From: Patescibacteria group bacterium
GTDB lineage: Bacteria; Patescibacteriota; Kazan-3B-28; UBA10110
DNA length: 64,000 nucleotides
Assembly: GCA_016936175.1 (NCBI GenBank)
Contig: JAFGPN010000004.1
Location: 5,726-69,725, forward strand
Direction of reading: 5' to 3'
A program made the translations under genes and the position numbers. Below the pieces are notes generated by a model that did not search any database, had not been told where the DNA came from, and worked only from the letters and a program-made list of their open reading frames with translations. This document shows positions 38,339 to 49,053 of this stretch, piece by piece (position 1 is the stretch's first letter; every line of letters begins with the position of its first letter).

Positions 38339-38803
38339 CTATTTATTTAGTAACCAAAAAATATAGGCCAAATAAGTAGCAAATGCTACCCAGGCCGCAT
38401 ACAGCCACAATAAGATCGACGACCAGCGCGCTTTTCGCCACATCATTACGATTAGCCAAATCACCGTCGCCTCTAAAAACAACATCTCAATAATTGCGCT
38501 ACCCGTCCACTGCTTAAAGAAAAATAGATAACTCCAACCAACGTTTAATAATCCGTTGATAATAAACAGCCAGTTCACCATCCAGAAATTTTTGGGACGC
38601 TGTTTTTGGTTAAACCACAGCAAGAACGAAATAGTGGCAAACAGATAAATAATCGTCCACATCAGCCCGATAAAGGCACCGGTTGGAGCTATGCCTGGTA
38701 GGTTTGAACTAAAATACCACGGCAGACCAATGTTGGTTAAGTAACTACCAGCCCAAGCCACCCCAATCGCCCCTAGCGGAATCAAAATATAGTTTATTCT
38801 CAT
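38339..38803 (-). CDS. tspO: TspO/MBR-family tryptophan-rich sensory protein
   Basis: WY...P...WTIIY, LLNVGWSYLFF and YAAWVAFATYL motifs. Confidence 0.88.
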   Translation of the reverse strand: MRINYILIPLGAIGVAWAGSYLTNIGLPWYFSSNLPGIAPTGAFIGLMWTIIYLFATISFLLWFNQKQRPKNFWMVNWLFIINGLLNVGWSYLFFFKQWTGSAIIEMLFLEATVIWLIVMMWRKARWSSILLWLYAAWVAFATYLAYIFWLLNK

Positions 38804-38812
38804 ATATTTATT

Positions 38813-39280
38813 CTACCCTAACCAATTCGATAGTTGGTATATAGCCACTCCAAACGCCACCGAAACATTTAGCGATTTACGTTGGCCTCTCATCGGAATC
38901 TCGATTATCACATCAGAAATAATTCGGAGTGGCTGGCTCACTCCCCTGACTTCGTTGCCAATAATCAACGCGATTTTAGATTTAGTTGGCTTAAACTTGC
39001 GATAATCCACCGCTCGCCCATCCTGCTCTAACGCTACAATCAAATACCCGCTCTTCTTCAAATCGCGAATTAAATCACCCACTCGCTTAATTTTTACCCA
39101 CTGCAACCTTTTTTCTGAGCCTAACGCCACCTTGGCGATCTCTGGGCGAGGCGGAAACGGTGTATATCCGGTCAGATATAGTTTAGCTACCCCAGCTCCC
39201 TCGGCCGTCCGAAAGATCGAGCCGACATTATGCATACTCCGAATATTGTGCGCAATCACCACCAGTTCTTTTATCTTCAT
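38813..39280 (-). CDS. SpoU/TrmH-family RNA methyltransferase
   Basis: NIRSMHNVGSIFRTA, GNEVRGV and IPMRGQRKSLNVSVA motifs. Confidence 0.93.
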   Translation of the reverse strand: MKIKELVVIAHNIRSMHNVGSIFRTAEGAGVAKLYLTGYTPFPPRPEIAKVALGSEKRLQWVKIKRVGDLIRDLKKSGYLIVALEQDGRAVDYRKFKPTKSKIALIIGNEVRGVSQPLRIISDVIIEIPMRGQRKSLNVSVAFGVAIYQLSNWLG

Positions 39281-39290
39281 ATTCGTATAT

Positions 39291-39485
39291 TACCCCATTG
39301 AACAAATTGCGTAAGCCAATAGCAAAACTGCCGCTACGGCGCGGCTGCTATTTGAGTCCCGGTATACCGGGACGAGTTCAACTAATAGAAGCCAAGTAAG
39401 GCACCGTTTTGCCTTTTGGGTAGTAATTTGTGATTGGGGCCGCCTTTAGACGCCACCCGTTTGGCGGAGCAAATGGGTGGCAAAA
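39291..39485 (+). repeat. ~200-nt structured intergenic repeat, copy 2
   Basis: Homologous to 27489-27684 and 45229-45471. Confidence 0.85.
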
Positions 39486-39531
39486 CAAATTTTAGTAACT
39501 TTGGTAAAAGTAAACAAGATATAATGGGTGC

Positions 39532-40884
39532 ATGGCTAATACAATTCAATTTTTGGGCGCCGCGGGAGTCGTTACCGGCTCTAGTTATTTAGTATCAACC
39601 GATTCGGCTAAGTTCTTGATCGATTGCGGATTGTTTCAAGGCGCGGCGGCGGCGGACAGAAAGAATTATCAATCGTTCCCTTATAATCCAACCAAGATTA
39701 ATTTTCTTATTTTAACTCACGCTCACTTAGATCACTGTGGCTTAATCCCTAAACTGTATCGGGATGGATTTCGGGGACGTATCTACACTACCCCGGCAAC
39801 CTTCGATCTAGCTCAAGCCATTTTAACCAACGCCGCCCAAATCCAAGAACACGGCGTCACCGACAAACAACTGGAAGCTTTGTTTATAAAACGCGACGCC
39901 ACTAATTCGTTTAAGCTTTTCGAAACTCACGAATATGGTAAAACCTTCTCCCCGATGCCGGGCATTAAAGTGCGACTTAATGATGCCGGGCATATCTTGG
40001 GAGCCGCCATCGTCGAGGTATGGATCCAAGGTCAAAAACTGGTCTTCTCCGGAGATCTGGGCAACAGCCCGGTACCCATCATGAAAGACCCCACCATTAT
40101 TCGAGACGCTAACTATGTTATCTGTGAATCGACCTACGGCGATAGGTTGCACGAGCCACCTTCTGCTCGCGAAAAGAATCTATTGGCGACAATCAAGCAA
40201 GCCGCCAGAGATGGCGCCAAACTGATCATCCCCTCTTTTGCTTTAGAGCGCAGCCAAGATCTGCTCTACACTTTAAATAATTTTCGTAACAGCGGGGTAC
40301 TTCCCAATATCCCCGTGATATTAGACAGCCCCTTGGCCTCTCAAATCACCGATATCTTTAAGCGATACACCAAATTATTTGATGCGGATTTTCAAAGATA
40401 CTTAAAGACCGATAAAGATCTGTTCGATTTCCCCGGCTTTCGCCAGACCAGAACTAAATTTCAATCCAAGGCCCTAAACCAGTTATCGGGCGCCGCTGTG
40501 ATCATCGCTGGTTCTGGCATGGCCGATGCGGGCCGAGTTCAACACCATCTGCTTCACCATTTGGACGAACCCAGAACCCAAGTGCTATTCGTTGGCTTCC
40601 AAACTCCCAACACTTTAGGTCGCCGATTAATTAACGGGGCACGTCAGGTTAGAATAATGCGCCATCGGATTACGGTAAAAGCTCAGATCAAAGAGTTGGG
40701 CGCCTTCTCGGCTCATGCCGATCAGGCCGGACTACTGCGTTGGTTATCGGGCTTTACCTCTAAGCCCACTGTATTTTTGACTCACGGCGAAAATATCTCT
40801 CGCGAAGCGTTAGCTAAAAAAGTTTTGAGCAAACTTAAACTTAAGGCAGTTATCCCAGCTATGGGAGAGATAAAAACAATATAA
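39532..40884 (+). CDS. MBL-fold beta-CASP ribonuclease
   Basis: DCGLFQG, THAHLDHCG, AGHILG, SGDLG, ESTYG, FSAHAD and HGE motifs. Confidence 0.93.
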   Translation: MANTIQFLGAAGVVTGSSYLVSTDSAKFLIDCGLFQGAAAADRKNYQSFPYNPTKINFLILTHAHLDHCGLIPKLYRDGFRGRIYTTPATFDLAQAILTNAAQIQEHGVTDKQLEALFIKRDATNSFKLFETHEYGKTFSPMPGIKVRLNDAGHILGAAIVEVWIQGQKLVFSGDLGNSPVPIMKDPTIIRDANYVICESTYGDRLHEPPSAREKNLLATIKQAARDGAKLIIPSFALERSQDLLYTLNNFRNSGVLPNIPVILDSPLASQITDIFKRYTKLFDADFQRYLKTDKDLFDFPGFRQTRTKFQSKALNQLSGAAVIIAGSGMADAGRVQHHLLHHLDEPRTQVLFVGFQTPNTLGRRLINGARQVRIMRHRITVKAQIKELGAFSAHADQAGLLRWLSGFTSKPTVFLTHGENISREALAKKVLSKLKLKAVIPAMGEIKTI

Positions 40885-40942
40885 AGAGCCCCTCTTGGTA
40901 AAGCTTACAAGTTAGCTCGCGGCTTTATACCCAATCACCCTA

Positions 40943-43384
40943 CTATTGCGGCAATTCTGGCGACAACGACTCAAGCAAATCCGCCAAACCAACCAACCGT
41001 TTTTTCTGTTTAAGGCATCGTTTTAATTTTCTGAGAGCCCGCAGTTCTATCTGCCTAATCCGCTCACGGGTCAGCTTAAATTCCCGACCGATTTCTTCGA
41101 GAGTCCTAACATCCCCATCATACAGACCAAAGCGTAGCCGTAAGATCCGTTGTTCTCGCCAATCCAGTGTCGCCACAACTTTCATCACCTCCTCACGAAC
41201 CAACCTCTGCATCGCATCCTGTTCTGGCGTCGCCGTGACCCAATCCTCCTGAAAATCCCGAAATAGGCTGTCTTTATTGTCACCGATTGTTTTTTCAAGG
41301 CTAATCGGTTTTTGGGCAAATTTGAGAAGCTCCCTTACCCTATCTTCTGTCACATCCATTTTGTCAGCAATCTCTATATTGGTTGCCGGTCGACCCTCCT
41401 CGGCCTGAATATCTTTGCTGGCTCGACCTAGTTTAGTAATGGTTTCTACCATATGCACTGGTTTGCGAATTAATTCAGCCTGATCTGCTAATGCCCGAGA
41501 AATTGCTTGGCGAATCCACCAAGTAGCATAAGTGCTAAGTTTAAATCCCCTATCTAAATCAAACTTTTCTACCGCCCGAATCAAACCAATATTCCCCTCT
41601 TGAATCAAATCCAAAAAACTCATACCTCGATTGAGATATTTTTTGGCGATAGACACCACCAATCGAAGGTTCGCTTCTATCATCTTCGTTTTAGCTGCTT
41701 CTGCTTTTCTCCATAGCGATGTATCAATTCGTTCTTTTTTACCCGCACGGTAAACTTTTGCATAATAAATTTCTTCTTCCGGGGTAAACAATGGAATCTG
41801 TCCCATCATCTTTAAATAGTGCTTTACTGAATCGTCCAGTCTAAGATTGTCACCAGCGGCAATTTCTTCTAGCTCCTTTTCTGTCAAAAACACATCTTCT
41901 CCCCGCGAGCTGATTCCCTGTAGTTCACGGTCTTCGGCCAACTTGCTCCGTTTTTCCTCCGCCATTGTGCTTGCCTGTCGCGCTCTCCGTCGAGATGTCG
42001 ATTTAGTCTCCATTCCAGAACTGCCTCTTCCTTTCGGAAGTTTTCCCAACTCGTCCAAAACCCAAGCCACCGCCTCGGGACTATAGTAATCATGCGGCTG
42101 GCCATTATACGGATTAATTAATCGACGACAATGTAAAGTCGGATTATGTTCGAGAAATTCTGCCAACTTATTTCGGACGGTTTCAGCGCGACGAGTGCTC
42201 TGACTTAATAACTGAGTGATAGTGCTCCATCCCTCTTCCCAGCCCTCCGGCTTGAGACCTTTCTCGCGGGTAGGTCTTTTTGCTCTGACTTTCTCGGCTG
42301 GAGGCTTTGGACCTGTAGATTCAAAAACCAGTTCCTGCCGTTTGGATTTTGTGCGCTCTGCTTGCTTCCTCTCCCGCTGTTTTTGTTTCTCTTCCCTGTC
42401 CAATAACCTATCTCGTTTTTTTTCCTCGCGTTTTTGTTGCTGTTCTGCCTTGGTACGTTTATCCCGGTGATGCTGAGTAAGGTTAAGCCCAGAATATCCG
42501 CGAGATCCCCGTCTCCCCAAACAAGAAGACGAATCGCCGCCTAATCCTGCCACCACATACTCCACTCCGGGTTGCATCTCGACAGCTCCAATGGCGGAGG
42601 CATCTACCTCAACCTTTGATGCCCGCTCGTACCGCGGCGAATCTTTAATTACTAATCGGCCGCTATGAACCTTTTTTAAGCCAGGAATCACCGGCTCAAG
42701 CATCCCCCTAATCAGAGCGGTTTCGTGAACAGCAAGACACTGCTCCTCAAAAGGAAAAACAATCGTCTCAATGTCTCGGCGATTACTATCCATTAAATCA
42801 TCGAGCACAACGTTGCCCAAATCTTCGCTGTACCGCAGTTGCTTTCGCTCCCCCGAGTAATCACCCACAATAAACCACTCTGGATGTTGAGCACGGTATC
42901 GTTCTGCATACTTTTTTACAGTCTCTTCCCCTAAACTAGGAAAGGCTGAATGCATCACCTGCGTCAGCCCCCACGGCGTCATCGGCCGATCGGGCGCAGT
43001 CCGCACACTCTCCTTAAATCGAGCTTCGTCTGGTGACCTATGTAGGGGCAGTTGCTTAACCAACTTCAGGCCGGGCAAGGCGGCCTCATCATTATCAAAA
43101 GCCATCAACACTTCTTGGCGAGCCTTTGCTACCCCCGATGACTTGTTCCGCTCCGCCGACAGAATTTGGTAAACTGCTTGACGACTGGGAATATCGAGTT
43201 GCTCGGAGCTATCTTTCAGAGTGCGTGTCCATAACTCTAAAATCTCCGCCCTCGGCACCCCCAGTTCCTCGGCCCATTGATCAGCCAGGTCAGAACTGCC
43301 ATCTCCGCCCCGACTAAAATCGGGCGAGGTTTCTACAAGCCCGTCAGCAGGAACGCTAGCGTAATCCCCTTTTTCTTCCTCCAC
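40943..43384 (-). CDS. RpoD-like sigma70 factor with a ~500-aa unrecognised N-terminal extension
   Basis: C-terminal [60 protein letters not shown] and TLEEIG...[10 protein letters not shown]. Confidence 0.88.
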   Translation of the reverse strand: MEEEKGDYASVPADGLVETSPDFSRGGDGSSDLADQWAEELGVPRAEILELWTRTLKDSSEQLDIPSRQAVYQILSAERNKSSGVAKARQEVLMAFDNDEAALPGLKLVKQLPLHRSPDEARFKESVRTAPDRPMTPWGLTQVMHSAFPSLGEETVKKYAERYRAQHPEWFIVGDYSGERKQLRYSEDLGNVVLDDLMDSNRRDIETIVFPFEEQCLAVHETALIRGMLEPVIPGLKKVHSGRLVIKDSPRYERASKVEVDASAIGAVEMQPGVEYVVAGLGGDSSSCLGRRGSRGYSGLNLTQHHRDKRTKAEQQQKREEKKRDRLLDREEKQKQRERKQAERTKSKRQELVFESTGPKPPAEKVRAKRPTREKGLKPEGWEEGWSTITQLLSQSTRRAETVRNKLAEFLEHNPTLHCRRLINPYNGQPHDYYSPEAVAWVLDELGKLPKGRGSSGMETKSTSRRRARQASTMAEEKRSKLAEDRELQGISSRGEDVFLTEKELEEIAAGDNLRLDDSVKHYLKMMGQIPLFTPEEEIYYAKVYRAGKKERIDTSLWRKAEAAKTKMIEANLRLVVSIAKKYLNRGMSFLDLIQEGNIGLIRAVEKFDLDRGFKLSTYATWWIRQAISRALADQAELIRKPVHMVETITKLGRASKDIQAEEGRPATNIEIADKMDVTEDRVRELLKFAQKPISLEKTIGDNKDSLFRDFQEDWVTATPEQDAMQRLVREEVMKVVATLDWREQRILRLRFGLYDGDVRTLEEIGREFKLTRERIRQIELRALRKLKRCLKQKKRLVGLADLLESLSPELPQ

Positions 43385-43415
43385 TTATTTAGGTATTGCC
43401 CCCGATTATACGCTA

Positions 43416-44432
43416 TCAGGCAGTCTTTTCCCAGGGGGGTCCCACTCTCCCAAAATGGCCTAATCGAGCAGTGGCCAGATAGATCGGTTGTCTTAAATCC
43501 AAGAAGTCAATCATCCCCTTGGGGGTCAGATTAAACTGATTTTTCAGTTCATCCGCCCAAGTCGCTTCGGGCTCGGTTTTAACCATCAATGGCTCCGCCA
43601 CCCCAATCGAATAAGCCAGCGTCACTTTGGCCCACGACACTTGTTTTTCTTTAATCAATTTCTTGGCCAGATAACGCGCCATGTAGGCGGCCGAGCGATC
43701 AACTTTGGTGGCATCTTTGCCAGAGAAGGCTCCCCCACCCACATTTATCTCCGGCCCATAAGCATCAACTACTAATTTGCGCCCGGTAACCCCAGCATCG
43801 CCGTCAAATCCACCAACTACAAATCGGCCGGTGGCGTTAATAAACAGTTCGATATTGGCTAGATTCCCAAATAGTGGTTCGAGTATTTTATTTTTAATCA
43901 GCGCGCGCGCAGTTTCTATCGTCATGGTTTCTGGATGCTGAACCGATACCACTATCTTTGTTGGCCGCCCCGAATCGTCAACCGTTACCTGGGCCTTGCC
44001 ATCGGGCCCCAAATGCAGCTCCGGCCCCAATTCAAATAATTTATGAGTGATTCGACGGGCAAGCGCAAACGGCAGGGGCAACATTTCGGGAGTTTCGGAG
44101 GTGGCGTAACCCACCATAACCCCCTGGTCCCCTGCTCCGCCGCTATCGACGCCCTGCGCAATATCCGGGCTCTGTTTAACCACATTAATCGCGAATTGGT
44201 AGTCGCCCCTAACACCCAACTCACTTAGAACCTGTCGAGCGATAACTTCATAGTTTACCGTTCCCGCACTGGTAACTTCACCAATAATAAATATCTGGCC
44301 GTGACCGCCTAACACCTCGATCGCCACCCGCGAATTCGGATCTTGTTTTAAAAATTCGTCTAGAATCGCATCGGCAATCTGATCGCAGATCTTGTCAGGA
44401 TGACCAGGCATTACACATTCAGCTGTTCGCAT
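43416..44432 (-). CDS. metK: S-adenosylmethionine synthetase
   Basis: GHPDKICDQI, QSPDIAQGVD, GAGDQG and GGGAFSGKDATKVDRSAAY motifs. Confidence 0.97.
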   Translation of the reverse strand: MRTAECVMPGHPDKICDQIADAILDEFLKQDPNSRVAIEVLGGHGQIFIIGEVTSAGTVNYEVIARQVLSELGVRGDYQFAINVVKQSPDIAQGVDSGGAGDQGVMVGYATSETPEMLPLPFALARRITHKLFELGPELHLGPDGKAQVTVDDSGRPTKIVVSVQHPETMTIETARALIKNKILEPLFGNLANIELFINATGRFVVGGFDGDAGVTGRKLVVDAYGPEINVGGGAFSGKDATKVDRSAAYMARYLAKKLIKEKQVSWAKVTLAYSIGVAEPLMVKTEPEATWADELKNQFNLTPKGMIDFLDLRQPIYLATARLGHFGRVGPPWEKTA

Positions 44433-44452
44433 TCTTTTCTCCCTTCTTTTTT

Positions 44453-44481
44453 AAAAACCTCTTTCCCGAACAGGAAAGAGA
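44453..44481 (-). terminator. Riboswitch-associated intrinsic terminator in the metK leader
   Basis: Minus strand TCTCTTTCCTG-TTC-GGGAAAGAGG-TTTTT. Confidence 0.75.
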
Positions 44482-44494
44482 TAACTTGTATATA

Positions 44495-44633
44495 TTATCG
44501 TTCCCGCTAAGGGACGGCTGGGGCACCTTCTCCTTGATGTCCGCTGGGTAGGCCTGCCCGCCCGTAGCGAAGCGAAGGAGGGTTGTCGGTGGGCATCGGG
44601 CCGTTTCCCTTGGCATCCCACACTCTTGATAGT
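44495..44633 (-). promoter_or_regulatory. SAM-I-like riboswitch upstream of metK
   Basis: CTATCAAGAG...AGGGA-AAC-GGCCCGATG...GACAACC...AAGGTGCC...GATAA; loop ACGG can pair with the downstream CCGT (pseudoknot); precedes a terminator and metK. Confidence 0.78.
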
Positions 44634-44659
44634 TCTGATTGTAGTTTAATTATACCGAA

Positions 44660-45181
44660 CTACGGCTCTAACACTGCATCCCGTTCGCCATTATTAATGG
44701 TCAACGCAATATTGGCCATCCCGTCTACTTCAAACTGCTTCATCAGCCTCTCAATCGAGCCGGAGATTGCTACTACTCGGGCTGAACCACCCATCGGTGT
44801 ATCAAAGTTATTATTAAAATCGATGATTGCCTGACCATTATCGATGTTAACCGAATTGACTACTACCCCATCATTGAGAGGGCTACTCATCCCTTGCGAT
44901 CGTTGGCCCTCGGTCGGACCTTTTATCCATTCTTGGATAGTCGCCAAGGCCAATTCATTTATTGCGTTAGTTTTAGGCACAATACGTTCAACCGCCACAA
45001 AATCAAAATCCGTTTCGGTTGGCACAACATAGTAAACCAACACCGACTGAGTGTTAGATTGGATAACACTCGGTTTTTTTAGTTGCGAGGTAGTGGTATA
45101 GACCCAAATGCCCAACAACACCAGCGGGATAATTGCCAGCGTCCACCACAACGAAAGATTATTTTCTTTCTTTTTCGCCAT
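44660..45181 (-). CDS. GerMN-domain membrane-anchored protein
   Basis: TM helix, then VERIVP...WIKGPTE...IIDFN...GGSARV...IERLMKQF. Confidence 0.82.
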   Translation of the reverse strand: MAKKKENNLSLWWTLAIIPLVLLGIWVYTTTSQLKKPSVIQSNTQSVLVYYVVPTETDFDFVAVERIVPKTNAINELALATIQEWIKGPTEGQRSQGMSSPLNDGVVVNSVNIDNGQAIIDFNNNFDTPMGGSARVVAISGSIERLMKQFEVDGMANIALTINNGERDAVLEP

Positions 45182-45228
45182 ACGCTTATTATAAACCATC
45201 CCACCATCAGAGGCGCTGGTTTTCCTAG

Positions 45229-45471
45229 ACCCATTGAGGCGATTGCGTCAGCCAATAGCAAAACTGTTGCTACGGCGCGGCTGCTATTTGAGCCCCGGTA
45301 TACCGGGGCGAGTTCAGCTAATCTAAGCCAAGTAAGGCAGTTTTGGTATTTGGGTAGCAATTGGTGATTGGGAGGTCTTTTGGGGCGCCACCCCGTTTGG
45401 ATGCCCAGACTAAGACCATGGGTCTTTAGTTCGGAAATACTCTAGGGGGTACAAGCAAATAGGGTGGCAAA
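45229..45471 (+). repeat. ~200-nt structured intergenic repeat, copy 3 (expanded loop in the terminal hairpin)
   Basis: Core closely similar to copy 2, with about 55 nt in the loop of the GCCACC...GGTGGC hairpin. Confidence 0.85.
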
Positions 45472-45514
45472 ACTGATTCTAAAAAAAGTCCTTATAGAAG
45501 CTATAATTAGACTG

Positions 45515-46297
45515 ATGGAACTAACCGTTCTAAAACTCGGGGGGAGTATTCTCACTCACAAATACCAGAGTGGAGAGTTTGACCCCGTTACGGCCGATCG
45601 GCTAGCCCAAGAAATCAGACAAGCACTGACCAGCTCCCCCCAGCAACTAATCTTAATCCATGGGGCAGGCGGTAAAGTTCATCGCTTGGCCAACGAGTCT
45701 AATCTAAAAACCGGAGCCATAACCCCAGCTCAGATTGATGGCTCGCTCAAAACTCATTTTGCGGTATGTGAGCTAACTCAGCAATTATTGCCCATTTTAT
45801 CCAACCACAATCTACCCGTAACGCCTCTCCCCGCCAACTCGATGTTCCTAATAAAAAATGGCCAGTTAGAAATCGTGGGGGCAGAGTTGGTTGAACGGGC
45901 TTTAAAACTCGGCCTGATTCCCCTACTCTCCGGTGATATGGTGTTTGACGATCAAACTAACTTTTCTATTTTATCTGGCGATCGAGTGGCCACAGTTTTA
46001 GCCCAAATATTTAAGGCTAAAAAAATTATCTTTGCCAGTGATGTTGATGGGCTATACGATAGTGACCCCAAAACTAATCCGCAGGCTAAGCTTATTAAAC
46101 AAGCCAAACTAAACAACATCGATACTACTGCTGATACCACTTCGTCGATTGACACCACCAACCAAATGCTGGGTAAGATCGCCGCGTTGATGAGAGATGC
46201 TAAAAATATTTCAGTTCAAATCGTTAACGGTTTAGTAGCTGGTCGATTAGAACAGGCTCTGACCAATCAATCGGTTATCGGAAGTTTGATTGAATAA
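45515..46297 (+). CDS. Amino-acid-kinase family protein, isopentenyl phosphate kinase-like
   Basis: LKLGGSILTHK, LIHGAGGKVH, PLLSGDMV...SILSGD, SDVDGLY and DTTNQMLGKI motifs. Confidence 0.78.
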   Translation: MELTVLKLGGSILTHKYQSGEFDPVTADRLAQEIRQALTSSPQQLILIHGAGGKVHRLANESNLKTGAITPAQIDGSLKTHFAVCELTQQLLPILSNHNLPVTPLPANSMFLIKNGQLEIVGAELVERALKLGLIPLLSGDMVFDDQTNFSILSGDRVATVLAQIFKAKKIIFASDVDGLYDSDPKTNPQAKLIKQAKLNNIDTTADTTSSIDTTNQMLGKIAALMRDAKNISVQIVNGLVAGRLEQALTNQSVIGSLIE

Positions 46298-46356
46298 AAA
46301 AAACAGGGAGCAAAATCTCCAACTATGTCTGTTCACAACAGACATAGTTTTTGACC

Positions 46357-46896
46357 TTACTCCCTTGAGAGCCACTGGCGCACCTTGGCCGGAGCGTGGC
46401 TTTTAACCATATCCCTTACCCAACCCAATGGCTTACCGACGTCGAGTGCTAACTTCAACCACTTCCACGCAGTATAAATCTCACGATTGAGCGGTCTGAT
46501 ATGGAAGGTGTCGACCCCTAAGAAGTCCCGCTCGGACAGGGTGAACATCTTCGTCCGCTCGGTCTCGCCTTTGTAGGGATGACCGGTCAGCCTCCCAAAA
46601 AATGCCCAGACCCCGCATCGACGACGATCTGGTTCAACGATCTCGAAGAAGCCGATGGGATAAAGTAGCCCTATCCCAAGCCCGGTTTCTTCACCGAATT
46701 CGCGAATAGCGGCTGTTTCGGCAGACTCGCCTTCTTTAATGGCTCCCATTGGAATGGAGGCCATCCCGGCGAACTTCCCCACATCTGGTCGATCTTTGCC
46801 ATATGGTTCGATAACCATAATGATCTCACCTTGGGGGTCAAAACAGAGTACTGCGACCCCTTTCAGGTCGTAGTCGTTGGGAATTGGAACCGTCAC
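46357..46896 (-). CDS. NUDIX hydrolase
   Basis: Nudix box GAIKEGESAETAAIREFGEETG. Confidence 0.85.
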   Translation of the reverse strand: MTVPIPNDYDLKGVAVLCFDPQGEIIMVIEPYGKDRPDVGKFAGMASIPMGAIKEGESAETAAIREFGEETGLGIGLLYPIGFFEIVEPDRRRCGVWAFFGRLTGHPYKGETERTKMFTLSERDFLGVDTFHIRPLNREIYTAWKWLKLALDVGKPLGWVRDMVKSHAPAKVRQWLSRE

Positions 46897-47166
46897 CTAT
46901 GCCCACCTCCTTCTGGGTTTTTTCGGTTCTGACGGAACAAACAAGGTAGTCACAAACACAATTGCGGCTACAACACTAAAGATGGCTGGCAGGTCCAGGC
47001 AGAACACCACCAGCGTACCGACCAGGACAACTGCTCGCAACAGACCGACCCTCGTTCTTCCACTGCCAAATGTGGAATAGTGAAATACGCCCCAGGCCGC
47101 TACGAGAAAGACAAAGGCTCTAAAAAGCCAGACAACCACCCATAATAGCTGATACTCTACTCCCAT
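46897..47166 (-). CDS. Small membrane protein
   Basis: Hydrophobic ORF with SD GGAGGTG, adjoining the NUDIX gene. Confidence 0.6.
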   Translation of the reverse strand: MGVEYQLLWVVVWLFRAFVFLVAAWGVFHYSTFGSGRTRVGLLRAVVLVGTLVVFCLDLPAIFSVVAAIVFVTTLFVPSEPKKPRRRWA

Positions 47167-47265
47167 AGAGCAACACCTCCCGTAATCTTATCTAATGATG
47201 TCAAGGCTGGCTAACAGCACCGCCAGATAGCCCAAGATACCCCTAAAATCTGCCTCGGTCAACCC

Positions 47266-49053
47266 CTATAACAAGGCCTGGCCCTGCATGGTAAACAACC
47301 GGCGGTAGTAACCGCTCTTCTTCATTAATTCTTCGTGAGTTCCCTGCTCTAATATCTTTCCTTTGTCGAACACCACTATGCGATCAGCCCTTTTAACGGT
47401 GGAAAGCCGGTGAGCCACAATAATGGTGGTCCGGCCTTCGATTAGTTTCCACATCGCGTCCTGGATCTTTTTTTCGTTCTCGCTATCCAGCGCCGAGGTT
47501 GCCTCGTCCATTACAATGATCTTAGCATCTTTTAATATAGCCCGAGCGATGGCTAACCGCTGACGCTCACCCCCAGACAAACGGACACCCTTCTCCCCGA
47601 CCATAGTTTTAAATCGCTTCCGCAAAGAAACAATAAAATCAAACAGATTAGCGATCTTGGCCACTTCTGTCACCTGCTGATCAGTTGCGGCCGGTTTGCC
47701 GTATTTAATGTTATATCCGATCGTATTATTAAACACCGCCACATCCTGCATCACTGCCGAGATATGTTTGCGTAGGGAGCGCTGAGTTACATGTTTAATA
47801 TCTTGTCCATCAATCAACACTTGTCCCTTAACTGGATCGTAGAACCGCATTAACAACTTAACAAAAGTAGATTTGCCCACGCCAGAAGGCCCGACCAAGG
47901 CCACCACCTCGCGCGGCTCGATTCGCAGATTTAGATTTTTAAACACCACTTTCTCGCCCTTAAATTTTTTAGTGTTTTTGTAGCTAAAACCTACCTGCTT
48001 AAATTCTATGCCCCCCTCGCTAACCTTAATCGGCTCAGCCCCGAGTACATCTGTCACTTCGTCTTTGTAATCCCAAATTTTAAACAATCGCTGAATCGAC
48101 ACCATTCCTACCTGAATGCTGTCGTAGATCTGCATCACACTACCCAGCGGCCCTAACACTCTTCCTAAATAGGCAACAAACAAGATAAGATCGCCGATCA
48201 TTAACTTTCCCGTTAAAACTAAATAGCCACCGTAACCGTAAACCCACATATAACCTAAAACATAAACAAATTCGCGCAAAAAACCCGTTAATCGTAGCAG
48301 CCTTTCTTGGGTTTTACGCATGGATAATATTTTGGCTTGAGTAGCCTCTAAACGACTCAGTTCATAATCCTCACGAGAAAACTCTTTGATTAGCTGTTGA
48401 TGATAAAAGTTATCAATAATTAATCGGTGTTGTCTCTCCCACTGAGTTCTAAGCTTTTTCTGCCAAAAACGCATAATCCTGGCTCGCCAAATTGATATAA
48501 CCACATAGATCGGAGCCACAATCGCAAATACCAAAGACAGTGGTTTGCTAAACATAAACATCACCACCACCGCTATGGTAAAGTTAATAACCAAAGGGGT
48601 AATGCTGACCACCAAAGAGCGAACAATCCCAAATATCTCGCTAATACCCGAATTCATTCGCGCACTTAACATTCCTGGAGCTTTTTTCTCAAAAAATCCA
48701 ACCGACATCGACAGAATCCGCCCCAGACTTTTTTTAGTTAGCAAGAGATTAGAGCGCACTCCGGTGATGGCGTCCAGGTAAAACCGAACTTGTCCGATCA
48801 ATCCGCTATTAATAAGATCGATGGCAAAATAAATACCAATCAGCCAAAATAAAATCTCTGTCTTCGACTTATCGCCCAAATAACGGGCAAACAGCTCACT
48901 AAGATTTTGGCTGGTTAAAAAGTTAACTATCTCGCGATACAACCACGGCGTCGCCATCTCCAATAACGACCCAATGATGGCCAACAACAAAATCACCAGC
49001 AAAACGGGATGTAGCGGCTTAGTCTCTACAAAAAGTCGTTTAAAATCTTTCAC
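47266..49053 (-). CDS. ABC exporter, fused permease/ATPase (MsbA-like)
   Basis: TMD plus GPSGVGKS, LSGGERQR, DEATSALD and AHRLST motifs. Confidence 0.95.
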   Translation of the reverse strand: MKDFKRLFVETKPLHPVLLVILLLAIIGSLLEMATPWLYREIVNFLTSQNLSELFARYLGDKSKTEILFWLIGIYFAIDLINSGLIGQVRFYLDAITGVRSNLLLTKKSLGRILSMSVGFFEKKAPGMLSARMNSGISEIFGIVRSLVVSITPLVINFTIAVVVMFMFSKPLSLVFAIVAPIYVVISIWRARIMRFWQKKLRTQWERQHRLIIDNFYHQQLIKEFSREDYELSRLEATQAKILSMRKTQERLLRLTGFLREFVYVLGYMWVYGYGGYLVLTGKLMIGDLILFVAYLGRVLGPLGSVMQIYDSIQVGMVSIQRLFKIWDYKDEVTDVLGAEPIKVSEGGIEFKQVGFSYKNTKKFKGEKVVFKNLNLRIEPREVVALVGPSGVGKSTFVKLLMRFYDPVKGQVLIDGQDIKHVTQRSLRKHISAVMQDVAVFNNTIGYNIKYGKPAATDQQVTEVAKIANLFDFIVSLRKRFKTMVGEKGVRLSGGERQRLAIARAILKDAKIIVMDEATSALDSENEKKIQDAMWKLIEGRTTIIVAHRLSTVKRADRIVVFDKGKILEQGTHEELMKKSGYYRRLFTMQGQALL

